From the IMG/VR virus record IMGVR_UViG_3300045988_094565: a DNA stretch of 33,551 bases, one strand, 5' to 3'. The notes beneath the pieces are model-generated. The model saw nothing but the letters and a program-made list of their open reading frames with translations. It was not told where the DNA came from and did not search any database. A program made the position numbers and the translations under genes. This DNA comes from a virus. Below are positions 9,224-16,961 of the stretch, in pieces (within the stretch, counting starts at the first letter, position 1; every line of letters starts with the position of its first letter).

Positions 9224-10054
9224 TTATCCCCTCTCTTTCTGCTCTGCTGCCATGTGTGGTTTATTCATGTATTCCAGGATGAAATTTTTATATCCTTGTG
9301 CCGCTCCGCTTCTCACGCAATAGGCTATTGGCGTTTTGTGGTAAAATGTACTGTCTTTTACTTTCTTGGAATGGCGTATGATTGTATTAAATACGGGCAA
9401 TCCGCTTTTTTCTCTCAACCATGTTTCCGCCGCTTCGCTTGTGTCTGATTTCTCATAGTCCGTAATAAGCACCCCGGCAATGTGGGCTTTGCGGTTCAAC
9501 TGCCTAACATTGTTTACCTGGTCCACCAATTCTTCCAATCCGTCCAGAGAATAGCAATCTAAATTCACGGGTATAACAATTTCATCCGCTGCCACAAGGG
9601 CGTTTATTACATTCATGCCTAAATCCGGGGCGTTGTCTATGATGCAGTAATCATAATTTCCAAATGGCGGCGTATTTTTTAATTCTTCAAATGCCCGGCG
9701 GTATCTGTCATGTTGTGGCGTTTCCGCGTCCGCCTTAATCTCTAATTCCGCCAACTCCATAAAATAATTGCATGGTACAATGTCCAAATTCTCAATTTTC
9801 GTGTGTCTTATTGTGTTTCCCCGGAATGTGGCTCTTTTTAATACTGCTGCCGCCGGGGCTTCTGTGTCCCCCATGTATTGATTAAATAAGCGGCTTGCGT
9901 TTCCTTGCTTGTCATTGTCGAACAAAAGGACTTTTCCCGGCTCAACTGCTCCACGCTTTGATTTAAACCCGGTTGCTAATAACTCCGCCATGCTGACCGC
10001 CGTTGTAGTCTTGGCACATCCGCCCTTTAGGTTTAGTGTGCAAATAATTTTCAT
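9224..10054 (-). CDS. parA: ParA-family partition ATPase
   Basis: Deviant Walker A NLKGGCAKTTT and a Walker B-like IIDNAPDL. Confidence 0.9.
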   Translation of the reverse strand: MKIICTLNLKGGCAKTTTAVSMAELLATGFKSKRGAVEPGKVLLFDNDKQGNASRLFNQYMGDTEAPAAAVLKRATFRGNTIRHTKIENLDIVPCNYFMELAELEIKADAETPQHDRYRRAFEELKNTPPFGNYDYCIIDNAPDLGMNVINALVAADEIVIPVNLDCYSLDGLEELVDQVNNVRQLNRKAHIAGVLITDYEKSDTSEAAETWLREKSGLPVFNTIIRHSKKVKDSTFYHKTPIAYCVRSGAAQGYKNFILEYMNKPHMAAEQKERG

Positions 10055-10971
10055 GCTTTGTTCCCTCGCTTTCTTTTTTGTGGCTTGCCTTTCGGCTTCT
10101 CGCCCTTTTTAACCATACGGGCGTATATGTAAAAGGCTGCGTTTACTCCGTTGTGCTTTACCTCTGCATCCAGGAATGTAAAGCCCGGATATGCCTTTTC
10201 CATTTCTGCTTGTAACACGCTACTATCAAAGGCCATTTTCTCCACCTTTGCTTTTCTGAATTTTGAGTAACTGCGTTTTGGTTCATCCGGTTTTTTCAAA
10301 TTCTTGGACGGACACCAACGCTTTGTTCCGTGTGGGTTCTGTGTTATGTAGGTAGCAAGTCCGGTTAATAAAAAATTCTCGTCCGGGCTTATGTTCCTGG
10401 TGTTTGGTCTATCGCACTTTCCCCACATTCTTTCTAACTCGTCACGGTCTATTCCGCCGGATATGAGTAAATGAAAATGTGGGCGTGTGTATTCCTCAAA
10501 TGCGATTATGTAAATATACTTTGCATTTTCTAACCCTAACTTTTTACGCTTGCGGTTTATGCGGCGTATGAAATTAACCACATCTTTTTTTGCATCCTCG
10601 TAGGTTTCCGGCAATAACCCATTATTCCAACCAAACGTAGCCCATATATCCCCTTTCCCAAAATTGATATTGGCTAAACGGATTAAATACCGTCTTGCGT
10701 TCTTATCGTTGAGGTTTGATTGTGACGGGCTTGTTTCTCTCTTCTTTTCCGTCTTTGGCATATCTGCTTTGAATTTAAAGGACGGGTACACCATACTTTC
10801 AAGCAATGTTGTGTTGCTCTCTGTATTGGTGCTTTTGTATGTGGATGTTCTGTATAGGCAGTTTACCCACCCCTCTTTCATCCACCTTTCCATTTCTGCT
10901 TCCTCTAACTTCTTGCATTGTTCCTTGTATGCTTCCTCATAATCGTAATTGTCATAATATCTTTTACCCAT
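10051..10971 (-). CDS. Putative HUH-type (rolling-circle) replication initiator
   Basis: IWATFGW (motif 1-like), RPHFHLLISGG (HUH) and GLATYITQNPHGTK (catalytic Tyr-like), with a basic C-terminus. The assignment rests on motifs only. Confidence 0.55.
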   Translation of the reverse strand: MGKRYYDNYDYEEAYKEQCKKLEEAEMERWMKEGWVNCLYRTSTYKSTNTESNTTLLESMVYPSFKFKADMPKTEKKRETSPSQSNLNDKNARRYLIRLANINFGKGDIWATFGWNNGLLPETYEDAKKDVVNFIRRINRKRKKLGLENAKYIYIIAFEEYTRPHFHLLISGGIDRDELERMWGKCDRPNTRNISPDENFLLTGLATYITQNPHGTKRWCPSKNLKKPDEPKRSYSKFRKAKVEKMAFDSSVLQAEMEKAYPGFTFLDAEVKHNGVNAAFYIYARMVKKGEKPKGKPQKRKRGNKA

Positions 10972-11101
10972 TGCCCCACCTTTTCACTTATCTATCTAAA
11001 ACCCACCTATCCAGGCAGATATAAACATATATTTCTATAATGGTTGATATGTTAAGGCCCATTACAAGGACGGCTAAACCCGGTTGCACCGTCAAAAAAA
11101 A

Positions 11102-11437
11102 TTAAAATCTACGGTCCCAATCTTCAAAAAGCCGCGCCCATGCCTGTCGGACTTTCAAAAATCCTATGAACCATAAAGCGGCAAGCGTGAAAAATCCCGT
11201 TGCCGTAACTGCTGCAATTATGGTAATAACCCTTGTGACCATGTAAAACCAACCTTTCCAATGCGGTTTCTTCCTATATATAGAAAAACCGCATTTACAA
11301 ACACTATATATTGTGCTATACTCTCTTTGTTGAGTTCCAACCCCTATTGTTTTAGGTCCCCACCTTTGCAATAGGGGTTCGCTTTTTCTATGCTTCCGGT
11401 ATTTTTTCAAACTCTGTTTCGTAAATATCCGGTGCAT
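11102..11437 (-). CDS. Hypothetical; probably only the 46-aa membrane peptide starting at ATG 11242 is real
   Basis: The C-terminal half MVTRVITIIAAVTATGFFTLAALWFIGFL is a clear TM helix. The N-terminal part overlaps the preceding gene. Confidence 0.35.
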   Translation of the reverse strand: MHRIFTKQSLKKYRKHRKSEPLLQRWGPKTIGVGTQQREYSTIYSVCKCGFSIYRKKPHWKGWFYMVTRVITIIAAVTATGFFTLAALWFIGFLKVRQAWARLFEDWDRRF

Positions 11438-11690
11438 ATCTCATTAAAAGGCTTTTTGCTTCCTCTTCTGTTATGGCGTGTCCTACTTTCGTGTTGTAGT
11501 CCTCTGTATGTGTCAAAAGCCAATTTCCTTTTTCGCTTCTCCACAATTCACAATCGTATGTAGTTCCTACCTCTTCATTTCCGTAAATTGCCTTAACAAG
11601 TAGGCTATTGGTTTTATACCATTTCTTCACATTCGCTATTTTCTTCATTTTATCCGTATCGTACTTTAATCCCTGGATAACAAACTTCAT
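11388..11690 (-). CDS. Hypothetical protein
   Basis: 100-aa ORF, tightly packed with its neighbours. Confidence 0.5.
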   Translation of the reverse strand: MKFVIQGLKYDTDKMKKIANVKKWYKTNSLLVKAIYGNEEVGTTYDCELWRSEKGNWLLTHTEDYNTKVGHAITEEEAKSLLMRYAPDIYETEFEKIPEA

Positions 11691-12040
11691 TACTGCACCC
11701 CTCTTTCCGCCTTTTCCTCACATTTCCAATAATATTTATTGATAATCAACATTTCTTTGGATAAAAGCATGGATAACCCTAAAGGAACGGTTATAAATGC
11801 TATTGTTGCATCTCCCTCTAAAATCTTGATTGCTACGGCCGTGAAAATCAGCAACGCAACGCCGTTTAACTTCTGCATGGCAAAATACTTTTTTCTTTCC
11901 CGGCGTTCCCTGGCGGCTCTTCTGCGGCTTCTCTCCTGGTTCATGGCATCCGTGTAGCCTATCATATAGGCTCGGTCCAACATTGCTTTATATGGGCTAT
12001 TCTGTTCGCTTATCTTCTGTACTGCCGCCGTCTGCATCAT
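11690..12040 (-). CDS. Hypothetical membrane protein (start moved to ATG 12040)
   Basis: The conserved AGAAAGCGAGGGAACACAAC-ATG start context sits at 12040. It has a basic N-terminal half and two hydrophobic segments. Confidence 0.5.
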   Translation of the reverse strand: MMQTAAVQKISEQNSPYKAMLDRAYMIGYTDAMNQERSRRRAARERRERKKYFAMQKLNGVALLIFTAVAIKILEGDATIAFITVPLGLSMLLSKEMLIINKYYWKCEEKAERGVQ

Positions 12041-12503
12041 GTTGTGTTCCCTCGCTTTCTGTTTCTTCCGCTCTGCTTTCGTCCCCACGTAATGGCGGAA
12101 TTAGTAATTTGCTTAATATTGCGTTTTCTGCTTCTCTGTTTTCTCTGATTACCCTTAATTCCTCAATTCGGTTTTTGCTTAAATCATCTATAAGCCTATG
12201 TAATCCGGCCGCTGCACTCTCAACGCCGTTTTCTTTCTCCCAGGCTTCAAAAATTGATACCACCGCCCCGGTTATCTGTTCATATTCCGTTCTAAATCCG
12301 GTTTCCTCTTCCTCTGCATCCAGGGTATTAAGAAAATCCGGCTTTTTCCCGGTAATCATTGCTTGGATGTAGTACCCCGGCACTTCCGCATTGACCGCAT
12401 TTGTGATTAACTCCGCTTTGGCTGCTTCCTTTACCATTCCGTAATAATCCGGCTGTTTTGCTGTTACCGGGCTATCTGATGTAAAATTGTCCATAAATCC
12501 CAT
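11997..12503 (-). CDS. Hypothetical acidic protein
   Basis: 168-aa ORF preceded by a conserved start-associated sequence. Confidence 0.5.
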   Translation of the reverse strand: MGFMDNFTSDSPVTAKQPDYYGMVKEAAKAELITNAVNAEVPGYYIQAMITGKKPDFLNTLDAEEEETGFRTEYEQITGAVVSIFEAWEKENGVESAAAGLHRLIDDLSKNRIEELRVIRENREAENAILSKLLIPPLRGDESRAEETESEGTQHDADGGSTEDKRTE

Positions 12504-12794
12504 TTATTTATCCTCGCTTTCTGCATCTTCAAAAAAGAAACTTCCTAATCTATTTTCATTTCCCAAATCATCCGTGAAAATAAAGTCCGAAACATCCCCG
12601 TAGCCATTTACCGCATGGATTTCATAAACCTTTCCAATCGTCACATCTTCCACCTGGCTAAAGTTTGGCGTTCCGTCAAAAAACTTTCTTATGTACTCGG
12701 TGTTTTTAATTCTTGCTTTGAACGGCATTGATAGTTTTCTTAATCCCGTAAAAGGGTGTTCGTCCAAATCCATATAATCTTTAAACTGTCCCAT
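12504..12794 (-). CDS. Hypothetical protein
   Basis: 96-aa ORF preceded by a conserved start-associated sequence. Confidence 0.5.
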   Translation of the reverse strand: MGQFKDYMDLDEHPFTGLRKLSMPFKARIKNTEYIRKFFDGTPNFSQVEDVTIGKVYEIHAVNGYGDVSDFIFTDDLGNENRLGSFFFEDAESEDK

Positions 12795-12812
12795 GTTGTG
12801 TTCCCTCGTTTT

Positions 12813-13172
12813 CTACTCTGCCATTTCTTCCATAATCTCTTTTATTTGGTTCATGGTGCTTTCCACTTGGGCTATTGTCATGTTCTTATCGTCTATGTAA
12901 TAATCCGCATAGATTTTTCTTGTATCATTGCCCCACCGCTTTATCTGCTCCGGTAATGGCTCATTCACGGCATCAAATACAATCCCTTGCAATCTGCACC
13001 ACTCCACGGCATTTTCCAGGTCTGCCCCGGCTCTGCTTGTCCATAATATTATTTTGTGTCCCTGGGCTTTTACCGTTTTCGCAAAAGCAACCATTTTTTT
13101 GTTGGGGGCTATGATTTCCGGGAAACGGGTAATAGCCAACGTGTTATCAAAATCAATTGCATATATTGCCAT
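12813..13172 (-). CDS. HAD-superfamily hydrolase-like protein
   Basis: N-terminal DxDxT motif (AIDFDNTL), WTSR, and C-terminal YIDDK. Confidence 0.6.
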   Translation of the reverse strand: MAIYAIDFDNTLAITRFPEIIAPNKKMVAFAKTVKAQGHKIILWTSRAGADLENAVEWCRLQGIVFDAVNEPLPEQIKRWGNDTRKIYADYYIDDKNMTIAQVESTMNQIKEIMEEMAE

Positions 13173-13516
13173 TATTCGCCCTCTCTTTCTGCTGCCGGGT
13201 TAAGGCTCATTTCATATTTCATAAGCATAGCGGCCGTCTGTACGGCTTCGCACGCAAGGTTAATTGCGTAATCTGCAATTTTAAGCGGTGTTATCTCTTC
13301 TTTCAGATAACAAGGCGTTTCTTTCCCTCTCACATCATCCCATAAGCACTTAAAGGATGCTTCTAACTCTTCAAGGGCTTCTTTGCTCTCTTCCAATTCC
13401 TCATAGGCAACCGCCACGCCCTCATGTTTTGATGTAAATAACGGGAATTGCTCATTTGCCCGGTTTAATTCTCTGTTGGCTGCTGCCGTGATTTCTTCTT
13501 TTAATTTCTGCATCAT
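13172..13516 (-). CDS. Hypothetical protein
   Basis: 114-aa ORF preceded by a conserved start-associated sequence. Confidence 0.5.
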   Translation of the reverse strand: MMQKLKEEITAAANRELNRANEQFPLFTSKHEGVAVAYEELEESKEALEELEASFKCLWDDVRGKETPCYLKEEITPLKIADYAINLACEAVQTAAMLMKYEMSLNPAAEREGE

Positions 13517-13549
13517 GTTGTGTTCCCTCGCTTTCTGTACTGCTGCACC

Positions 13550-13870
13550 CTAAACCATGTAAGGGGCTGCAAATTCATATACCGGCCTATCTGCTGCCGG
13601 GCTCATCTGCTCCGGTTTGGTATAAAGTTTTAATGTGATTGCCGGGTTTCCGTCTGTATCCGTTCCCCGTGGGTTGAAATTATACTTAAATCCCAAATGG
13701 CTATTCATGGATGCACCTTTTAAGGTAAAGGCAAAATTGCTTAATTCCCTTGCCCCAATCGTCACGCCCTGGGTGTTTAAATCTCTCCACCGCTTAAAGG
13801 TGCTTTTGATGTGTTCTAAAAAATCCGGCTCAATCTGATTGTTAATAGGCATCATTGCTTTTTCTTCCAT
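13550..13870 (-). CDS. Hypothetical protein
   Basis: 106-aa ORF with a start-associated sequence variant (TCCTCACTTTCT on the plus strand). Confidence 0.5.
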   Translation of the reverse strand: MEEKAMMPINNQIEPDFLEHIKSTFKRWRDLNTQGVTIGARELSNFAFTLKGASMNSHLGFKYNFNPRGTDTDGNPAITLKLYTKPEQMSPAADRPVYEFAAPYMV

Positions 13871-14007
13871 GTGCTATTCCTCACTTTCTTTGTCCTTGCG
13901 TGATTTTTCCAGGCACGCCGCCTTTGTATTTTTTCGTACCGCTTCAATAGCCTTTGGACTTCGGGCATATCCAAAACGGTAATTTCCAACTTTCCAATTT
14001 CCGCCAC
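13852..14007 (-). CDS. Small basic hypothetical protein (51 aa, GTG start, below the track cutoff)
   Basis: Hand translation gives VAEIGKLEITVLDMPEVQRLLKRYEKIQRRRAWKNHARTKKVRNSTWKKKQ. Preceded by GCGAGGAATAAGCC. Confidence 0.35.
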   Translation of the reverse strand: MAEIGKLEITVLDMPEVQRLLKRYEKIQRRRAWKNHARTKKVRNSTWKKKQ

Positions 14008-14010
14008 GGC

Positions 14011-14313
14011 TTATTCCTCGCTTTTCAATATGATTTCCCGGTATATAGTCAACTGCAAATCTGAAAAACTGTAATTTGGTGTTTCTTCCGGGTGTAATGG
14101 CTGCGTTAGTCCCAATTCCTTATATCTTTTATGGGTTATGTCCACTTTTTCTTTTATCCGTGTGACCTCTTCCGCCATAATGGCTTCATATTCCGGCGTG
14201 CGTACCATGTTCCCTAAATACCCGGCGTATAGTTCCGCTTTGCCTTTCATAATCCGCACACGGTCCGGGCCGGACATAACACCCACAATGTCCGCCAATG
14301 TCATACGCTGCAC
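14011..14313 (-). CDS. Hypothetical protein
   Basis: 100-aa ORF. Confidence 0.5.
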   Translation of the reverse strand: MQRMTLADIVGVMSGPDRVRIMKGKAELYAGYLGNMVRTPEYEAIMAEEVTRIKEKVDITHKRYKELGLTQPLHPEETPNYSFSDLQLTIYREIILKSEE

Positions 14314-15012
14314 CTACCTTGTGGCTTCTACAATGGCGTTGTATAAATCCGGTGTTCTTTCTCCGGCTTCCAACCGTTCTTTTAACGGGGTAAGTAATGG
14401 ATAAATGATTTTTCCCATATATCCGCCCGGTGCATATTTTGAAAGCATATCATTGACGGCGTTTTGTGCCGCTTCCCAATCTCTCAATATCTCCGGTGTT
14501 TCCCCAATCGTTATTCCGTCCAATTCTTCTTTAATGTGCTTTGCAAACATCTTTTCTGTTTCATCCGTTACGCACGCACTCGCTACGATTCCGCTATCAA
14601 GAAGAAACTGCAACATCCCGTTGGCTAATGAGTTCGGTGTTATGGTTTCCTTTGCCGGAATTGCTGTTTTAGTTGTTTCTTCCCGTTCTGCTTCCACCTT
14701 GGCTTCTGCTTCCGCTGCTGCCAAAATGCTTTCCGCCGTTGGCTTCTCTTCCGGTTCATTCATTCCGGTAAAATTCTTGTTTTCTGCTTCCATGTTTTGT
14801 TCCTCGCTTTCTTCTGCTGCATAAATGCTTTTTGCTATCTCTTCCGCTATTGCGGTAAAAACCGTTGTAGTTACTGCGTTACCAAATTGTTTATATGCCT
14901 GGCTATCTGAAACAACTTGTTTCCAATCGTCCATAGGGAACGCTTGTAAAATTCCGTATTCTTTAGGTGTCAACTTTCGCACCCTCAACCGCTTTGTATC
15001 AAATATTTTCAC
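14314..15012 (-). pseudogene. C5 cytosine methyltransferase C-terminal fragment (motifs IX-X), read through into a downstream ORF
   Basis: RKLTPKEYGILQAFP (motif IX) and YKQFGNAVTTTV (motif X). No stop precedes an internal start-associated sequence plus ATG at 14793. Confidence 0.75.
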
Positions 15013-15021
15013 TTTCCTTTG

Positions 15022-15028
15022 CCCCCCC
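15022..15028 (-). repeat. G7 homopolymer at the junction of methyltransferase fragments
   Basis: C7 on the plus strand. G6 would join ...GIAPTLTTSGG to QRKVKIFDTKRLRVRKLTP. Confidence 0.9.
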
Positions 15029-15308
15029 GGATGTTGTAAGGGTTGGTGCTATTCCGTCCGTTGAATACACCCGGCGGCATTGGTCTTGACCTTTTATGTC
15101 AAGCATCCCCACCATTTGGCAACCCTGGTTGTTGGCTCTTTCCATTGTCTTGTTCCTTTCGCTCTTCTATAACTGCTATCATGTCTTTCTTTCCGGCGTA
15201 CCCTTTATAATCCCTTGCGGTAAGGCACGGGGAAACATCCGCAATTTTTAAAACATTTCTTCCGCACTTATTGACCGTTACCGTTATGGGAAACTCTGTT
15301 GCTCTCTG

Positions 15309-15316
15309 CCCCCCCC
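15309..15316 (-). repeat. G8 homopolymer inside the methyltransferase target-recognition region
   Basis: C8 on the plus strand, at a frame-break point. Confidence 0.9.
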
Positions 15317-15365
15317 TGGATTGACAATAACGTGTTGGTAGTTATGTTTCTTTGTGATGCTTCCG

Positions 15366-15374
15366 CCCCCCCCC
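15366..15374 (-). repeat. G9 homopolymer inside the methyltransferase
   Basis: C9 on the plus strand. The fragment stops 22 nt downstream in the present frame. Confidence 0.9.
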
Positions 15375-15846
15375 AACTCGTAATGTTTTTCCGCAACTGT
15401 TAGGGTCTAAAAGCCCGGTTTCCTCTGCAATGTCCGTAACAACGCTTTCTTCCGTCTGTTCATCTTCCAGGATGATAACGCCGTGTAAATCCTGGGCGGT
15501 AAGTGTAAACATTGGCTCGTCCTCTGCCTTTGCCCTCGGTCCGTTCTGCCGCTTGTTGATACGGTCCGGCGTAATGCACGCATGGCACTTTCCTAAACCC
15601 TCTAGTTTCTCTAACGCCTGGGCTATAATGGTTTGTGCCTTTTCATCCGGCAAGTAATATTTTTCCGGTACATCTTTTTCCAGGTAATCCGATAACTTCG
15701 GTACAAATTCGTGTTGCTCTTTCGGAAATGTAAATGTTAGGTTCTTTTTATTTCTGGTCCCTACTACTGCGTAACGGTCCCGGTTCTGTGGCACGTTCCA
15801 ATATTTGGAATTAAACATTTCAATATGTGCCGTGTACCCGTGGCGT

Positions 15847-16353
15847 TCATATTCCAGGCGTAACACTGGCAGATACGGGCGTAACCCTCGCACATTCTCC
15901 GCAATGATAACGGCCGGCATGGCGTGTTCTCTCTCTCTCTGTTTCTTCAAGTAATCGCATCATTTCAAAGAAACATCCGCTACGGCTCGCCGCCTTAAAA
16001 TTGTTACTGCTGCACTTGGGGCAAATGGTGTTGCCCGTGTACTCTTCCGGGTTTATCTCTATTTCCTCGCCGCAATCCTCGCATTTTAAAATCATGCCCC
16101 GTTGCTTTCCGGCAACGCTCAAATCCTGGCACGGGAAACCAAACGCCCACACATCCGCTTGTGGGATGTCTGCTTGGTGCAATTCCTTAATGTCTGCTTT
16201 CTGTGCATGGTCCCCTACGTTTGCCCGGTAACTCTCCACGGCGTATTTATCAAAGTCCCATGCCCCGGCTATTTCATACCCGGCATTTTTAAATGCAATA
16301 CCCATTCCGCCGCATCCACAAAAGAAGTCATTAACCTTTAATTTTCTTTTCAT
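15847..16353 (-). pseudogene. C5 cytosine methyltransferase N-terminal fragment (motifs I-V) with a CxxC...CxxC insertion
   Basis: DFFCGCGG (motif I), GFPCQDLSVAG (motif IV), CEDCGEE...CPKCSS insertion and RSGCFFEMMRLL. Confidence 0.85.
15928..15940 (-). repeat. (GA)6 dinucleotide repeat at the frame break between methyltransferase motifs V and VI
   Basis: TCTCTCTCTCTCT on the plus strand. One extra GA unit gives ...LLEETEREREHAMPAVIIAENVRGL in frame. Confidence 0.9.
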
Positions 16354-16363
16354 CTGCTGCCAC

Positions 16364-16588
16364 CTACGCTTCCCGGAATAACGGTTTTGCTTCTACTGCA
16401 ACCATTGCTGAATACTCCACCTTGTAACCCGTTACCTTATCCCCTCGCATCTGCGGCACTACTGCCGTTTGATACTGAACCGTTGGCGTATGGAAAAGTG
16501 ATTTTACCTTTTCCACCTCTTCCAACTGCTTATTTATCTTTTCTTCCAATGTTTCCGGGTCTGTCCCTCGTAATATCCACACTTCCAT
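16364..16588 (-). CDS. Hypothetical protein
   Basis: 74-aa ORF. Confidence 0.45.
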   Translation of the reverse strand: MEVWILRGTDPETLEEKINKQLEEVEKVKSLFHTPTVQYQTAVVPQMRGDKVTGYKVEYSAMVAVEAKPLFREA

Positions 16589-16623
16589 GTTGAGTTCCTT
16601 TCTATACTGCTGCCGCCTGGCAT

Positions 16624-16818
16624 TTATAAACTTCTCTGTGCTACTTCTGCCCGGTATGGTGTTCCCCCACGCTTCAATTCGTTATAAATCGTTGCTCTGT
16701 GAAACCCAACCGCCTTTGCAATATCTGTAACCTTTGCCCCGGTTCGCTCCATTGCTTCAATCTTCTGTCTGTCGGCGTATGTAATACGCTTATCTCCTTT
16801 TTTCACGTTTCCGCCCAC
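16624..16818 (-). CDS. Stand-alone helix-turn-helix protein resembling the N-terminal DNA-binding domain of IS30 transposases
   Basis: ITYADRQKIEAMERTGAKVTDIAKAVGFHRATIYNELKRG parallels LSQNDRISMETLLNKGHSVQEVADYLHVHRSTIYREMKRG in the neighbouring transposase. The true start may be the GTG at 16806. Confidence 0.55.
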   Translation of the reverse strand: MGGNVKKGDKRITYADRQKIEAMERTGAKVTDIAKAVGFHRATIYNELKRGGTPYRAEVAQRSL

Positions 16819-16845
16819 CTTTCCTTAAAAATTGGCAAAATAAAA

Positions 16846-16881
16846 AGTGCTACAAGAGTTTTTTAATTCTCTTGTAGCACT
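16846..16881 (-). terminator. Intrinsic terminator (13-bp perfect stem, T-run on minus strand)
   Basis: AGTGCTACAAGAG / CTCTTGTAGCACT stem, followed on the minus strand by TTTTTATTTT. Confidence 0.7.
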
Positions 16882-16901
16882 CATATTTTCCACAATAAAA
16901 A

Positions 16902-16940
16902 ATCAAGTGCGATAGAGTTATTAACCCTTGTCGCACTTGA
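16902..16940 (-). terminator. Intrinsic terminator (11-bp stem, T-run on minus strand)
   Basis: ATCAAGTGCGA / TCGCACTTGAT stem, followed on the minus strand by TTTTTTATT. Confidence 0.65.
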
Positions 16941-16961
16941 TTTTACAACTTAGCTTTATAT

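Larger units (their letters stand above)
15342..15950 (-). pseudogene. C5 cytosine methyltransferase middle fragment (motifs VI-VIII plus first target-recognition module)
   Basis: AENVRGL (motif VI), QNRDR (motif VIII) and ITPDRINKRQNGPR...PMFTLTAQDLHGV (TRD-type motif). The annotated start is TTG inside the overlap with the N-terminal fragment. Confidence 0.8.

Noticed and set aside
11061-11100. Hairpin GACGG...CCGTC next to an A8/T8 run as a terminator
   Set aside because: The stem is only 5 bp, and the U-run would precede the hairpin on the transcribed (minus) strand rather than follow it.
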